Shown in pieces: positions 26,558-35,431 of a DNA stretch of 64,000 nucleotides. How positions within the stretch are numbered: the stretch's first letter is position 1; each line of letters starts with the position of its first letter. The stretch is from a virus. The notes below the pieces were generated by a model. The model was not told the DNA's origin. It did not search any database and worked only from the letters and a program-made list of their open reading frames with translations. The position numbers were made by a program, and so were the translations under genes. The stretch spans positions 1-64,000 of IMG/VR virus record IMGVR_UViG_3300020183_000001, one strand, 5' to 3'.

Positions 26558-26633
26558 TGGTACCTGAGGTGAGATTTGAACTCACGCTGGAACGATTTTA
26601 AGTCGTTTGCCTCTTCCGCTGGGCTACTCAGGC
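26558..26633 (-). tRNA. trnL: tRNA-Leu(UAA), short variable loop, CCA encoded
   Basis: GCCTGAG/CTCAGGT acceptor; AACGA-CTTAAAA-TCGTT; GTGAG-TTCAAAT-CTCAC; ACCA end. Confidence 0.9.
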
Positions 26634-26839
26634 ATACTTGGATTTACACTCACATCTATTGATGTGTGATACCAAGTATGATCATGAGGCAGCGGTTCGC
26701 AGCCATAGTTCCACGTATCGTAATCATTCTCGTTACGTGGGTCTTCAATCAGGATGTACTGAGGTGAGTTGTCATGAATGTAGTTACTAATAGTTGCCAT
26801 TGCCATGGCAAGAAGTTGATCGTCTGTGTAGTCAGTCAT
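26624..26839 (-). CDS. hypothetical protein; last 10 nt overlap tRNA-Leu
   Basis: Ends ATG CCT GAG TAG inside the tRNA 5' end. Confidence 0.6.
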   Translation of the reverse strand: MTDYTDDQLLAMAMATISNYIHDNSPQYILIEDPRNENDYDTWNYGCEPLPHDHTWYHTSIDVSVNPSMPE

Positions 26840-26890
26840 TAAGTGTGACCCGTCCTATCCTCGACAATAGGGCGGGTCAGCCTGTGGGGG

Positions 26891-28648
26891 CTAAGCAGAT
26901 GCTAGCGCAGACTCACGTTGCGTCAACGCCTTGCTGAATGCAGTTGTGTACAACTCACGTTCCTCATCCGTAAGCCTGGCGTTGCTAATACCAGCGATCT
27001 GTTTAACGGACATCATACCCATGTTGACTTCCAATTGGATTGTGAACATGGGTTTGCTATCAATCATGCACAGCACAATGAAGTGCTTCTTCTTACGAAC
27101 ACCATCTGCATAACCACTGGCACTACCGACGCAATTACGTACGGCTTGTCCCCATGCAGCTAGTTGATGGGTATCAACTGGTTGGAAAAATGTCCACCTA
27201 CTGGAACCAAGTTCAAGCTTGACTGGTTCTGGGAACAAATCCTGGGGTAGTGATTCGTTTTTGTTCTTGACCTTCCATGCAACAGACTGAACGTGATCAT
27301 GGAACTCCATGAGACGCCAACGTTTTGGAACATCAAGAGTTAGTGGTTCCGTTGCACATGCATTGTGTGCAAGGATTGTATCTAGCATTGATACCGTATC
27401 ACTCCAGTTGGAATAATAAAAACGTGGACACTGTAGATCTGAGTCATAATAGTAACGAGTGTGCGTATTGTTTATTTCTCGTTCATATTCTTTTTCAAGA
27501 ATAGAAAAGAATGAAGCAACAGGCATGTGTTTGTTCAACCATGCTTGTGTAATAATTGTACCTTGACGTGTTGATTTAAAACTTAACAGTTGAACAATGT
27601 AAGTTTGATAGTAATCAATGGGACACTCAGGCCATACGTCATACACAAAAGCAATAGCATTAAATAGTACATGGATCTGAGCCCATGGTCCACGGATACA
27701 CCTAAGATATTGATTACTAGTATCGTTAAACATTGCATTGACTTGATCACATCTTGCTTGAATCCATTTCTTAAAGAACGGAGTAGCAATAATGTGCAGC
27801 ATCTTGTTTAGTTGCCTATAGATATCACCGTCATATCCACTGTCGTGTGCATAATGAGTGATAAGTTTGAACAACAAGTCATATGAGATTACAGCTTTGG
27901 TAATGTCATGTTGTTGCCAGAATGTTCTACATTCTTGACCATAATGATAACCATTAGTGAAGATAACAGAAGCTGGATTGATTGCCCGGAGCCGAGCAAA
28001 AGTTGATTGACTGTCAGACCACATAGGGATTGTGTTAAACAGTTGATCTTCAAATGCTTTTACTTGTTGGCACAGATTACCAGACTTTTTGTAGTAAGCT
28101 TGAGCACCTGGGATGTTCCAGTTCTTTGCATCGTAACCATCAATAATATCTTGTCTGGTTACTAGTTTGTTGAATGTAAAATACTGAACGCGGCCAAGCT
28201 GATATGTAGATAGTTTGTTTGGATTGTCAACGTATAAGTGCTTACGAACTCTATGTGGCAGCATCTTGTGTGCAGATGCGTTGTCTTTGAATGCAAACGA
28301 GTATCCATAAATGTACTGATCTTTTTGATGCTTAGGTGGTAGCCATGCTGCATACCACACTTGCTCAAAGTGATACAAGATTGCATACGGAGTTACTGCA
28401 CCTTCAACAATTCGTGTAAACAGTTGGTAACGATCAGGTGCAGCCTGCAAATTAATATTGTCAATAGCATCGTTATATAACGATACTGGCAATACTTCAG
28501 TTGGAATCAGTTGGTTGGGTTTACCCAGTGGGTGTGCAGCTTTCTTAGTCTTGTTGTTAATTGTTTTCTGTTGTTTAGCCAGTGCTTTAAGAGCTGGGTC
28601 ATACGCCAACAACTCTTGTTGTAGTTGAGTAGGAAGACGGAATTGCAT
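26891..28648 (-). CDS. PcfJ-like domain protein
   Basis: C-terminal HDH...P..THQLAAWGQAVRNCVG..Y...FTIQL...QIAGISN. Confidence 0.7.
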   Translation of the reverse strand: MQFRLPTQLQQELLAYDPALKALAKQQKTINNKTKKAAHPLGKPNQLIPTEVLPVSLYNDAIDNINLQAAPDRYQLFTRIVEGAVTPYAILYHFEQVWYAAWLPPKHQKDQYIYGYSFAFKDNASAHKMLPHRVRKHLYVDNPNKLSTYQLGRVQYFTFNKLVTRQDIIDGYDAKNWNIPGAQAYYKKSGNLCQQVKAFEDQLFNTIPMWSDSQSTFARLRAINPASVIFTNGYHYGQECRTFWQQHDITKAVISYDLLFKLITHYAHDSGYDGDIYRQLNKMLHIIATPFFKKWIQARCDQVNAMFNDTSNQYLRCIRGPWAQIHVLFNAIAFVYDVWPECPIDYYQTYIVQLLSFKSTRQGTIITQAWLNKHMPVASFFSILEKEYEREINNTHTRYYYDSDLQCPRFYYSNWSDTVSMLDTILAHNACATEPLTLDVPKRWRLMEFHDHVQSVAWKVKNKNESLPQDLFPEPVKLELGSSRWTFFQPVDTHQLAAWGQAVRNCVGSASGYADGVRKKKHFIVLCMIDSKPMFTIQLEVNMGMMSVKQIAGISNARLTDEERELYTTAFSKALTQRESALASA

Positions 28649-28675
28649 GGTGAGTTCGTAGTGAGTGTGTGGTGT

Positions 28676-28703
28676 TGAGCAGTTTAACGTCATGCTCAGG
28701 ACG
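28676..28703 (-). repeat. family 1 pseudoknot element, copy 5
   Basis: CGTC-CTGAGCAT-GACG-TTAAAC-TGCTCA. Confidence 0.85.
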
Positions 28704-28708
28704 ATGGA

Positions 28709-28909
28709 TCAGATACGCATTACCTCTTCACCGTTACAGGTAAAGACTAGTTGATCGTCATAGTCATCCATGTATTCCTGCAATGTCATAGTCTTCTCTG
28801 GTGTGAAGACAGGCATTTCGTTTGCAAAACCAAACGCACTGTACACACGACCTTTGGGACCACGAATTACCAGGTACCACCGTTTGAATTCGATAGAGAA
28901 ACCAATCAT
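28709..28909 (-). CDS. hypothetical protein
   Basis: Operonic ORF. Confidence 0.55.
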   Translation of the reverse strand: MIGFSIEFKRWYLVIRGPKGRVYSAFGFANEMPVFTPEKTMTLQEYMDDYDDQLVFTCNGEEVMRI

Positions 28910-29166
28910 GATGCTAGGTACCAATCAGATGTGTCGACAAGTTGCCATTGAAGATCTCTGTCAGCAAGATACTGACAGAAGCCATCTTCATCAACAGGGA
29001 TTTGTTCATCCTCATCCAATTCAAAATCTGCAATACAAAGTGCTGGAGCCCATTCATCAGGTTCAAAGTAAGTTGCTTTGTGTAGAAGAAGCATGTCTTC
29101 AACAAGTGCAGTAACTGTGACATGGGATTGATTGATGGTTGTTTCTTCAATTGATAAGATTGTCAT
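28906..29166 (-). CDS. hypothetical acidic protein
   Basis: VEDMLL..ATYFEPDEWAPALC motif. Confidence 0.7.
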   Translation of the reverse strand: MTILSIEETTINQSHVTVTALVEDMLLLHKATYFEPDEWAPALCIADFELDEDEQIPVDEDGFCQYLADRDLQWQLVDTSDWYLAS

Positions 29167-29258
29167 GAGTGTAGTTAGTAGAGATAACTATTGTCACTAA
29201 TAGTGCCTCCGTGGTACAGGTTTGCAGGGGGGTCCAGGGGGGACCCCATGCATGTACC

Positions 29259-29435
29259 TTAGTCAGGTTCTACAAACTGACAAGCAGTTGTGATGTAACA
29301 CTTGTATTTGTTCCAGGCACGTGCTGTGCAGAACTCGCCATGGAACCGTTGTTCATCACTGCAGTATTCACGTGCACGCTTAGCTGCACACTGTGCAAGA
29401 TTGATGCGATCAAACATGCTAATGTAGTTGTCCAT
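29259..29435 (-). CDS. hypothetical protein (58 aa)
   Basis: MDNYISMFDRINLAQ...; starts 32 nt after a family 2 element. Confidence 0.55.
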   Translation of the reverse strand: MDNYISMFDRINLAQCAAKRAREYCSDEQRFHGEFCTARAWNKYKCYITTACQFVEPD

Positions 29436-29466
29436 AGTTAAGTTGTTGTTGGGGTTGAAGTTGATG

Positions 29467-29505
29467 CTGGGACTTACACCACGTACTTATGTAGGTGATG
29501 CCCAG
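29467..29505 (-). repeat. family 2 structured element, copy 2
   Basis: CTGGG-CAT-[hairpin]-TGTAAGT-CCCAG. Confidence 0.8.
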
Positions 29506-29509
29506 TGTT

Positions 29510-29770
29510 TCAGTCTTCTTTATCAAATGATTTCATAATTGATTCAGGCATAGACATTTCAATTGAAGGCAAGTCATAGTCGTCATTTGTATCAACAATA
29601 ATTTTATGTAACGGAAAATATCCATCACTAAGATCAGCGTTGAGTTTCCAAATTTCTACTAATAGTTCTCGAAAAAATCTTTTTCGGTCCTCTATGCCTG
29701 TAAACTCATCAGCACCATAAACTTTTTTAGTGTCAGTAAATTTAAATTCAATAGTAAATGAATCGATCAT
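29510..29770 (-). CDS. hypothetical protein
   Basis: Operonic ORF. Confidence 0.6.
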   Translation of the reverse strand: MIDSFTIEFKFTDTKKVYGADEFTGIEDRKRFFRELLVEIWKLNADLSDGYFPLHKIIVDTNDDYDLPSIEMSMPESIMKSFDKED

Positions 29771-29775
29771 GATCT

Positions 29776-29973
29776 TTAGATTATCTTTATGTTTCGTTTG
29801 CTTAAACCGGTGCCTGGGATTGAGATAGATCCAAGGACACCAGACTGCCGTGCGTTAAGTGTTAGTTGGAATGGACCAAGTTTAATTGATTTGGTGTACG
29901 ATTTGATACCATGTTCAGTTAAGTTAAAGCCAGCGATAGTACGGTCAAAGTTAATAGGTGATTTCTTTGTCAT
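29776..29973 (-). CDS. DUF4236-like small protein
   Basis: KSIKLGPFQLTLN...SISIPGTGLS. Confidence 0.55.
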   Translation of the reverse strand: MTKKSPINFDRTIAGFNLTEHGIKSYTKSIKLGPFQLTLNARQSGVLGSISIPGTGLSKRNIKII

Positions 29974-30190
29974 AACCAAAGTCGTGAATTTGTTTAACAA
30001 GTTTGTGTTCGTCTTGAGTTAATTGTGAATATAAATATTCAACCATATCATCATCAGATGATAATGAATTGATTGCAGCAATTGCACGATGTTTGTCATG
30101 TGTTGTTGTATAAGAATGTGGATGAGAAATAATTTTAGATATGCAATCTAAAATTTTATTGTAACGAGCTTCGTTTACTTCATTTGTCAT
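29951..30190 (-). CDS. hypothetical protein
   Basis: Operonic ORF. Confidence 0.55.
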   Translation of the reverse strand: MTNEVNEARYNKILDCISKIISHPHSYTTTHDKHRAIAAINSLSSDDDMVEYLYSQLTQDEHKLVKQIHDFGYDKEITY

Positions 30191-30513
30191 CACCAGTCTC
30201 CACAAGTAAATGTTTGAGTAACAACAAATGAAAGAGCAAAGGTCTCCTCTTCAATCTCGTCTTCTTCTGCTGGATAGTAACGAGCTTCGAATCCGCCAGT
30301 GCCTACCGATCGATCATTAATAGATCGATACAAAAGATTCCGACATGAACGCTTCATACGTTCAATGGTTGGAACAGTTAAGCTACCGTCTTCCATAACG
30401 TTAGCCCACTTCCAATCAAGTGCAGTCATTGCAATTTGGACTTTCTCAAAGTTAAAACGTTCGAGAAGGTCTTCAATAAGTTGGGATTGATGTTCAGTGA
30501 TTGTGAATGTCAT
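30190..30513 (-). CDS. hypothetical protein
   Basis: FNFEKVQIAMTALDWKW...PTIERMK...TGGF motif. Confidence 0.7.
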   Translation of the reverse strand: MTFTITEHQSQLIEDLLERFNFEKVQIAMTALDWKWANVMEDGSLTVPTIERMKRSCRNLLYRSINDRSVGTGGFEARYYPAEEDEIEEETFALSFVVTQTFTCGDW

Positions 30514-30592
30514 TGCAGTTATTCAAACATTTTGATAAAGAGAATTGTGCCACATATAAAAAATGTGCACAATACTAATGCATCAGGCCAGC

Positions 30593-30874
30593 TCATGGTT
30601 TGTTGTAAATAGTTCCGTTGCGTTTGTAAAGATCAAACCCATGCATAGTCTTTGTGTCAAGTGTAGTGTAAGGACCAATGTTGGCACAGCCAATTAAGTA
30701 GTAGAACTTAAAGAAGCCTGGGTGTTCATCCCACTCTTCATCAGTACACATAAGTTTAGATCCAACACCAAACGTATTCTTACGTTGGGTAGTCCATATG
30801 TCACCTGGCTGAGCAGGCAGGTGACGTGTCTTAGATTGAGTCTTAGGTTGAGTCTTTGGTTTAGTTGTAGTCAC
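30593..30874 (-). CDS. hypothetical protein
   Basis: GTGA coupling to the upstream gene. Confidence 0.55.
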   Translation of the reverse strand: MTTTKPKTQPKTQSKTRHLPAQPGDIWTTQRKNTFGVGSKLMCTDEEWDEHPGFFKFYYLIGCANIGPYTTLDTKTMHGFDLYKRNGTIYNKP

Positions 30875-31089
30875 TGCAGATCTCCTGGCATGAGTGCATT
30901 GGTGTCTTCATCAGACATATTGGACATAACAAATTTGTTTCCATCGGCGTCTACAAAGCCGCCGACAAAACCAATACCATGTCGATCAGCAGATTCTTTC
31001 ATCTTTGCAACGATTGACATAGCTTGCAACCGTTGGTTATCAATGGCATCAGGGATGCGTGGTTTGGGTGCGTCGTTAAGTGCAGTCAT
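30871..31089 (-). CDS. hypothetical protein
   Basis: Follows a family 2 element. Confidence 0.65.
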   Translation of the reverse strand: MTALNDAPKPRIPDAIDNQRLQAMSIVAKMKESADRHGIGFVGGFVDADGNKFVMSNMSDEDTNALMPGDLQ

Positions 31090-31115
31090 GGTGAGTTAAG
31101 TGTGTAGTAGTTGAG

Positions 31116-31160
31116 CAAGCTGGGACTTACACGCCTTCTGTCAGAGCGATGCCCAGCTTG
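31116..31160 (-). repeat. family 2 structured element, copy 3
   Basis: CAAGCTGGG-CAT-[CGC..GCG]-TGTAAGT-CCCAGCTTG. Confidence 0.8.
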
Positions 31161-31269
31161 TGTTTATAAGCTTACCACCCTCTGTCAAGGGTGACCACCC
31201 CGTTCATGAGTGGGAGCGTGCATATTTGGGGTGAAAGCTTATTGAGAATTTAAATAAATGTTTAATTTA

Positions 31270-31641
31270 TTAATTAGCTTTTGTTAATTCAAATGTATTT
31301 AAGTTATTGTTCATTGTTTTAAAACCCCATTTTCTACGGTTAGTATTTTGTTCAGATTTTATTGCCCATTTTAAATTATTTGGATTATTGTTAGATGGAC
31401 AATTATCAATGTGATCAATAGTCATAGATAATTTGTATTCATTAAAAGTTAAAACATACACTATTAAATGTACTGGATATTGTTTACCTTTATATGTAAC
31501 ACGCCAATATCCATGTGAAGTTAAACAACCTGCAACGTTGTTTGCTTTAACACGATTAGTAATTGATATTTTCCATCTTAAAAAAGATGGAGAAGTTTCA
31601 TCTACATAAAACAAATTTTTAAATAAGGTTAAATTGTTCAT
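31270..31641 (-). CDS. HNH homing endonuclease-like protein (AT-rich island)
   Basis: AGCL..GYWRV...VHLIVY...IDHIDNCPSNNNPNNL. Confidence 0.85.
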   Translation of the reverse strand: MNNLTLFKNLFYVDETSPSFLRWKISITNRVKANNVAGCLTSHGYWRVTYKGKQYPVHLIVYVLTFNEYKLSMTIDHIDNCPSNNNPNNLKWAIKSEQNTNRRKWGFKTMNNNLNTFELTKAN

Positions 31642-31646
31642 TGCAG

Positions 31647-31970
31647 TTACCGATGCATTTCTTGGTGTTCTTTCCATGCAGCAGTGTGCATTTCATCCAT
31701 AGTTATCGGTGGTTCACCAACCCATTCATCTGGTTCATCAGGCCATTCGATAGCTTGCTCAAGTTGACCAATGGCTTCTAACAGATATTCTTCGTAATGA
31801 TACGGAAGATCATTGTATCCCAAGGGACGATTCTGTTCCCGTTGGTAGATAGCCATAAGTTCTTCGATGATCAGCGTGATGCGCATGTCATCGTTGAGCT
31901 GGTAGGTATGTGTACTACCATCATGACGGGTGTACGTGTTGCTGGTGAATTGAAGTTGATGTTTAGCCAT
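31647..31970 (-). CDS. hypothetical protein
   Basis: GEPPITMDEMH.AAW motif. Confidence 0.7.
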   Translation of the reverse strand: MAKHQLQFTSNTYTRHDGSTHTYQLNDDMRITLIIEELMAIYQREQNRPLGYNDLPYHYEEYLLEAIGQLEQAIEWPDEPDEWVGEPPITMDEMHTAAWKEHQEMHR

Positions 31971-31998
31971 GGTGTGTTTGTTGATAGTTGATTTGATG

Positions 31999-32037
31999 CT
32001 GGGACTTACATCACGTACTTATGTAGTAAATGCCCAG
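31999..32037 (-). repeat. family 2 structured element, copy 4
   Basis: Near-identical to copy 2. Confidence 0.8.
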
Positions 32038-32103
32038 CTTGTAGTATTAGTACTATTGCCAATACATGGATAGTATTGGCAAGTTTTATGTGCGCTTCAA
32101 TAC

Positions 32104-32385
32104 TTAGATTAAGCCAAGGATTGAGAGCCAACTGTTGGGGTCGTCGGGTTCGACCTCGTCCTCCTCTGGCGTGAAACAGACTGAGTCGAAGACCCACTCT
32201 TCAATTTCTTCGAGCGTGGGGACGGGGTACCACTCACGTTTCCAGAAGATGTGCGGCCAACCGTCTCTGATTTCAACGTCGTGGAAGCAGAGTGTGGTGT
32301 CGGCTGGCTCTTGTCCCTCTTCGTTGGTGAGTGGGGTGTAACCGACGATTGCAGCAATGTCGTGTTGGATGGGTTGGAGGGCCAT
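32104..32385 (-). CDS. hypothetical protein (GC-rich)
   Basis: PTLEEIEEWVFDSVC.TP..DEVEPD...SWLSILGLI. Confidence 0.7.
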   Translation of the reverse strand: MALQPIQHDIAAIVGYTPLTNEEGQEPADTTLCFHDVEIRDGWPHIFWKREWYPVPTLEEIEEWVFDSVCFTPEEDEVEPDDPNSWLSILGLI

Positions 32386-32481
32386 AGTAGTGAGATGAAT
32401 TGAAGGAACAGTGTAGTGAGAATGGTCAGGATAACGATGATGTGTAGTATTACATCATCATTATATTGTTGAGGCTGAGTG

Positions 32482-32619
32482 TTAGTCATCAGTTAGTTCA
32501 TCAGTTGGGTTAGGTGGTTGCATCTCTTCTTGCATAGCTTGTTCCTGCTGGTACGCAAGGTCAGACCATGCGTCAAGAAGATCTGCATTGTAGTTCTCAT
32601 CGAGTTGTTGAGTTGTCAT
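32482..32619 (-). CDS. small acidic protein (45 aa)
   Basis: Starts 20 nt after family 1 copy 6. Confidence 0.55.
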   Translation of the reverse strand: MTTQQLDENYNADLLDAWSDLAYQQEQAMQEEMQPPNPTDELTDD

Positions 32620-32638
32620 CGAATGAGTTGATAAAGGA

Positions 32639-32667
32639 CTGAGCAGTTTAACGTCATACTCAGGACG
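32639..32667 (-). repeat. family 1 pseudoknot element, copy 6
   Basis: CGTC-CTGAGTAT-GACG-TTAAAC-TGCTCAG. Confidence 0.85.
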
Positions 32668-32716
32668 GATATCAAGAATATGAATAAACGACGTTTATCA
32701 GAATTCCAAGTAATAG

Positions 32717-33100
32717 CTAGTCAAATGGTTTAAAATCTGTATCTTTCAAGAGAGAGTCAATGTGTGCAACATCGCATTCTCTCATGTATTCACTTAAGTT
32801 TTCTGATGGATCAATCTCATAGTCATCAGTTTGATTCTCAACAACTTCGCATCCAATGTCTTCGAGTTGATCAACGTAGTTATCCCAGCTATTGGCATTG
32901 CCATAGACATGGGCATAACGCCCGGTCTGGTCAACGACAAGTGCTACATAAGTCATGGGTTGAGCCTCAGGTAGTGTGAAGGGTCTTTGTTCTGCAGCCA
33001 TTAACTTTGCAGTAATGGCACGCAAATCGTGCCTAGATAGTTCTCCATTTGGTCTCCACTTCAACGCGGTATTTGCAAATGTTGTAGTAGGTAAGACCAT
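32717..33100 (-). CDS. hypothetical protein (start uncertain)
   Basis: Operonic ORF. Confidence 0.55.
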   Translation of the reverse strand: MVLPTTTFANTALKWRPNGELSRHDLRAITAKLMAAEQRPFTLPEAQPMTYVALVVDQTGRYAHVYGNANSWDNYVDQLEDIGCEVVENQTDDYEIDPSENLSEYMRECDVAHIDSLLKDTDFKPFD

Positions 33101-33125
33101 TGGAATAACAGATAGGTTAATTAGT

Positions 33126-33344
33126 TTACCGTGGTTCGACCAAGGTTTGTTGGCATGACCACTGTAGTAAAGACTTTGTAAAGTCGGTACCAAGCATAGC
33201 GCCTGTTACGACAAAAGCGATACCGATAACAATGGTTGCAGATAAAAAGTTACAAAGGTAACGTCCTGCTCTACTGCTGTGGTACTCAGGGTACACATCA
33301 GTGTGAATAAATTGTTTAGGTCCAAGTTTAGTAATCTGTTTCAT
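33126..33344 (-). CDS. small membrane protein
   Basis: Single hydrophobic helix. Confidence 0.55.
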   Translation of the reverse strand: MKQITKLGPKQFIHTDVYPEYHSSRAGRYLCNFLSATIVIGIAFVVTGAMLGTDFTKSLLQWSCQQTLVEPR

Positions 33345-33420
33345 TGGAGAAAGTCCTGTGTAGTAGGAATCAACCTTCGGTTGATGGACGGAGTAATACA
33401 ACTGTACTACGTTGCAATAG

Positions 33421-33490
33421 GCAGGAGAGGAAGAAGATCTCCTGCAGAAAACCCACTCATCAATGATGAGCAGGGTTAAGTGCAAGAATC
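33421..33490 (-). repeat. family 3 structured element, copy 1
   Basis: TTGCA-N3-..CCC[hairpin]GGG-TTTTC-TGCAG..CTGC. Confidence 0.7.
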
Positions 33491-33503
33491 AGTTAGTCAA
33501 GAG

Positions 33504-33896
33504 TCAGGCCGCAGCAGTTGCAGCCTTCTTCTTACTAGCAGCCTTCGTTCCTTCCTCAGCTTTGGGCTGAGGCTTGGAACCAAAGGCATAATCAGTCACT
33601 TTCAGTTGAAACTCTGGTTGCTTGAGCGGCATGAGCTCTTCATCTTTCATATAGAAAGCACGGATGCCTTGAATTTTACCAGACACCGTGAGCTCTTGGC
33701 CTACAACCAGATTGTCATTGGTATAAGCAGTAAGCAAACCATTGCTGTTGAAGAATTTGATTGTGACCACAGCATCTTTAGAGATACGGTGGTACAAAGT
33801 AACAACCAAACAGTCACGCTCATCTTCCGTTTTGATAACGATAAGACTTGCAATGCGACCAACAACAGTAAACGTTTGCAGATCAGCGTAAGTCAT
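33504..33896 (-). CDS. second SSB-like single OB-fold protein
   Basis: TFTVVGRI...LVVGQELTVSGKI; basic rather than acidic tail. Confidence 0.55.
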   Translation of the reverse strand: MTYADLQTFTVVGRIASLIVIKTEDERDCLVVTLYHRISKDAVVTIKFFNSNGLLTAYTNDNLVVGQELTVSGKIQGIRAFYMKDEELMPLKQPEFQLKVTDYAFGSKPQPKAEEGTKAASKKKAATAAA

Positions 33897-33926
33897 AAAA
33901 TTAAATTGAGTTGAGTTGATAAGCAA

Positions 33927-33980
33927 GCAGAGATGAACTCTGCAGAAACCCATCGAAATCGATGGGAATATGCAAAGATC
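33927..33980 (-). repeat. family 3 structured element, copy 2
   Basis: CTTTGCA-TAT-TCCCATCG..CGATGGG-TTTC-TGCAGAG..CTCTGC. Confidence 0.75.
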
Positions 33981-34133
33981 ACCAGTCGTAAACACGAATG
34001 GCTTTAAGGTTAACAGGAGAGATATCCAGTAGTTCAGCACCAGCAAGCAATGCTTCTGTTTGTGTGCGAGCCATTAGCTCAATAACAAACTCACTACTAA
34101 ACACTTTCCAAATAACCAAGGGACGTTCCACGA

Positions 34134-34376
34134 TTAGTCCACTAGATGTTCTTGTTCCCATTTAAGAAGTGCACGGTTGAGATCAACCTTCTTCTCAAGG
34201 ACAACACAGAACGGGACCAAGTCTTGGAACTGTACCAAGCCATCTTGCCATTGATAAAAGATCTCCAGTGCAGCCTGGCGCTGACTTTCAATCTCCTGAT
34301 CAATGATAGGAGTGTCTCGACGTGCAAGAAGACGAGCTTCTTGGGTAAGGAGACGTTCAACAGCTTTAGGAGTCAT
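34134..34376 (-). CDS. hypothetical protein
   Basis: Follows a family 3 element. Confidence 0.65.
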   Translation of the reverse strand: MTPKAVERLLTQEARLLARRDTPIIDQEIESQRQAALEIFYQWQDGLVQFQDLVPFCVVLEKKVDLNRALLKWEQEHLVD

Positions 34377-34406
34377 AGCGAAACCAAGTGGAGTTGAGTT
34401 GAGTTG

Positions 34407-34460
34407 TGCAGATGTAAAGTCTGCAGAAACCCATCTTGTTACAGATGGGAATTTGTAGAC
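34407..34460 (-). repeat. family 3 structured element, copy 3
   Basis: GTCTACA-AAT-TCCCATCT..AGATGGG-TTTC-TGCAGAC..TCTGCA. Confidence 0.75.
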
Positions 34461-34461
34461 A

Positions 34462-34728
34462 TCACATCATTTGTTCGATGCGTTCTTGCTCCATTGTGGT
34501 GGAATAGTCGTAATACTCTTGCATCTCCATCAGCATGTCTTTCATGCTGGTAGGAATTGAACCAAGAGTACGTACGTCGCGATCAATCCACTCTTGCCAT
34601 GTGGCACCAGTGTCTAGATCATACATGTTCCACAACTTCTCAAAGTGAAGCTGTGTAGTTTCAACGTTGTACCAAGTAACGCGATACCGTCCTTCGTCAG
34701 GACGGTAGGTAAGTGTTGGGGTAGCCAT
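34462..34728 (-). CDS. hypothetical protein
   Basis: Operonic ORF. Confidence 0.6.
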   Translation of the reverse strand: MATPTLTYRPDEGRYRVTWYNVETTQLHFEKLWNMYDLDTGATWQEWIDRDVRTLGSIPTSMKDMLMEMQEYYDYSTTMEQERIEQMM

Positions 34729-34731
34729 AAG

Positions 34732-34917
34732 TCAATTAGTTTTGTAACCGTTAGAAGCACACCAATTCATATGAATTTGATGCGCAGGCTTAGGCCAGTC
34801 ATGTTGAAGGCATTGTTTAGCAGTTGCTTCGTGCAACAAACGTGCACCAATGCAACTAGCAATACCTCCACCAATAACAACGGTAGCAATGTAAATAACC
34901 AATTGATTCTTAGTCAT
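34732..34917 (-). CDS. small membrane-anchored protein
   Basis: TM helix followed by QCLQHDWP...WCASNGY. Confidence 0.65.
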   Translation of the reverse strand: MTKNQLVIYIATVVIGGGIASCIGARLLHEATAKQCLQHDWPKPAHQIHMNWCASNGYKTN

Positions 34918-35090
34918 GAGTTGATGTGCAGTTGACAATCGTTAGGCATAATAAGTGCAGCCGCACGAATGCGGTATTCACTTATCTTCTGTCCAAGCTG
35001 CTGTTTAGATGGCAGCTTAGCAGTTTCTACTGCAGATGCTGTTAGTTTCAGCAATGCAGCAGTATTCTTTCGAATGTGTAGTGCAGTCAT
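34914..35090 (-). CDS. hypothetical protein (58 aa)
   Basis: ATGA coupling to the next gene. Confidence 0.55.
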   Translation of the reverse strand: MTALHIRKNTAALLKLTASAVETAKLPSKQQLGQKISEYRIRAAALIMPNDCQLHINS

Positions 35091-35129
35091 AAGTTGAATT
35101 GAGTTAAGCCACTCTCAGTGAGTGGCAAT

Positions 35130-35176
35130 AGTTAGGCAGGGGTTTGCACCCTGCCACCCGCTTGTACGGATTAACC
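35130..35176 (-). ncRNA. family 4 mini tRNA-like three-way junction, copy 1
   Basis: GGTTA-A-TCCGT ACAA GCGGG-T-GGCAGGG TGCAAAC CCCTGCC-TAACT. Confidence 0.65.
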
Positions 35177-35416
35177 GTAGTTCTCGGGAAGCTCTACAAG
35201 CTCTGCAAGAACTTGGTGTTGCAGCTCGCGTTCGCCAGCAATCTTCAGTCCCCATGCGGCAATCTGAAGAGCTTGCTCACGGCTTAGTAGCTGCGAGTGG
35301 CCTGACTCCATCCAAAACTGGATGAGATCGTAGGCCGTAGCCGCTAGTTCTTCCCTGGTAGGAAGTACAGCAGCAGTAGTGTTGGTCACGGTATTCTCCG
35401 TGTGTGCGGTACCCAT
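35171..35416 (-). CDS. hypothetical protein
   Basis: Start MGTAH inside a 30-bp repeat. Confidence 0.6.
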   Translation of the reverse strand: MGTAHTENTVTNTTAAVLPTREELAATAYDLIQFWMESGHSQLLSREQALQIAAWGLKIAGERELQHQVLAELVELPENYG

Positions 35417-35431
35417 CTCCGCTGAGGGTAA

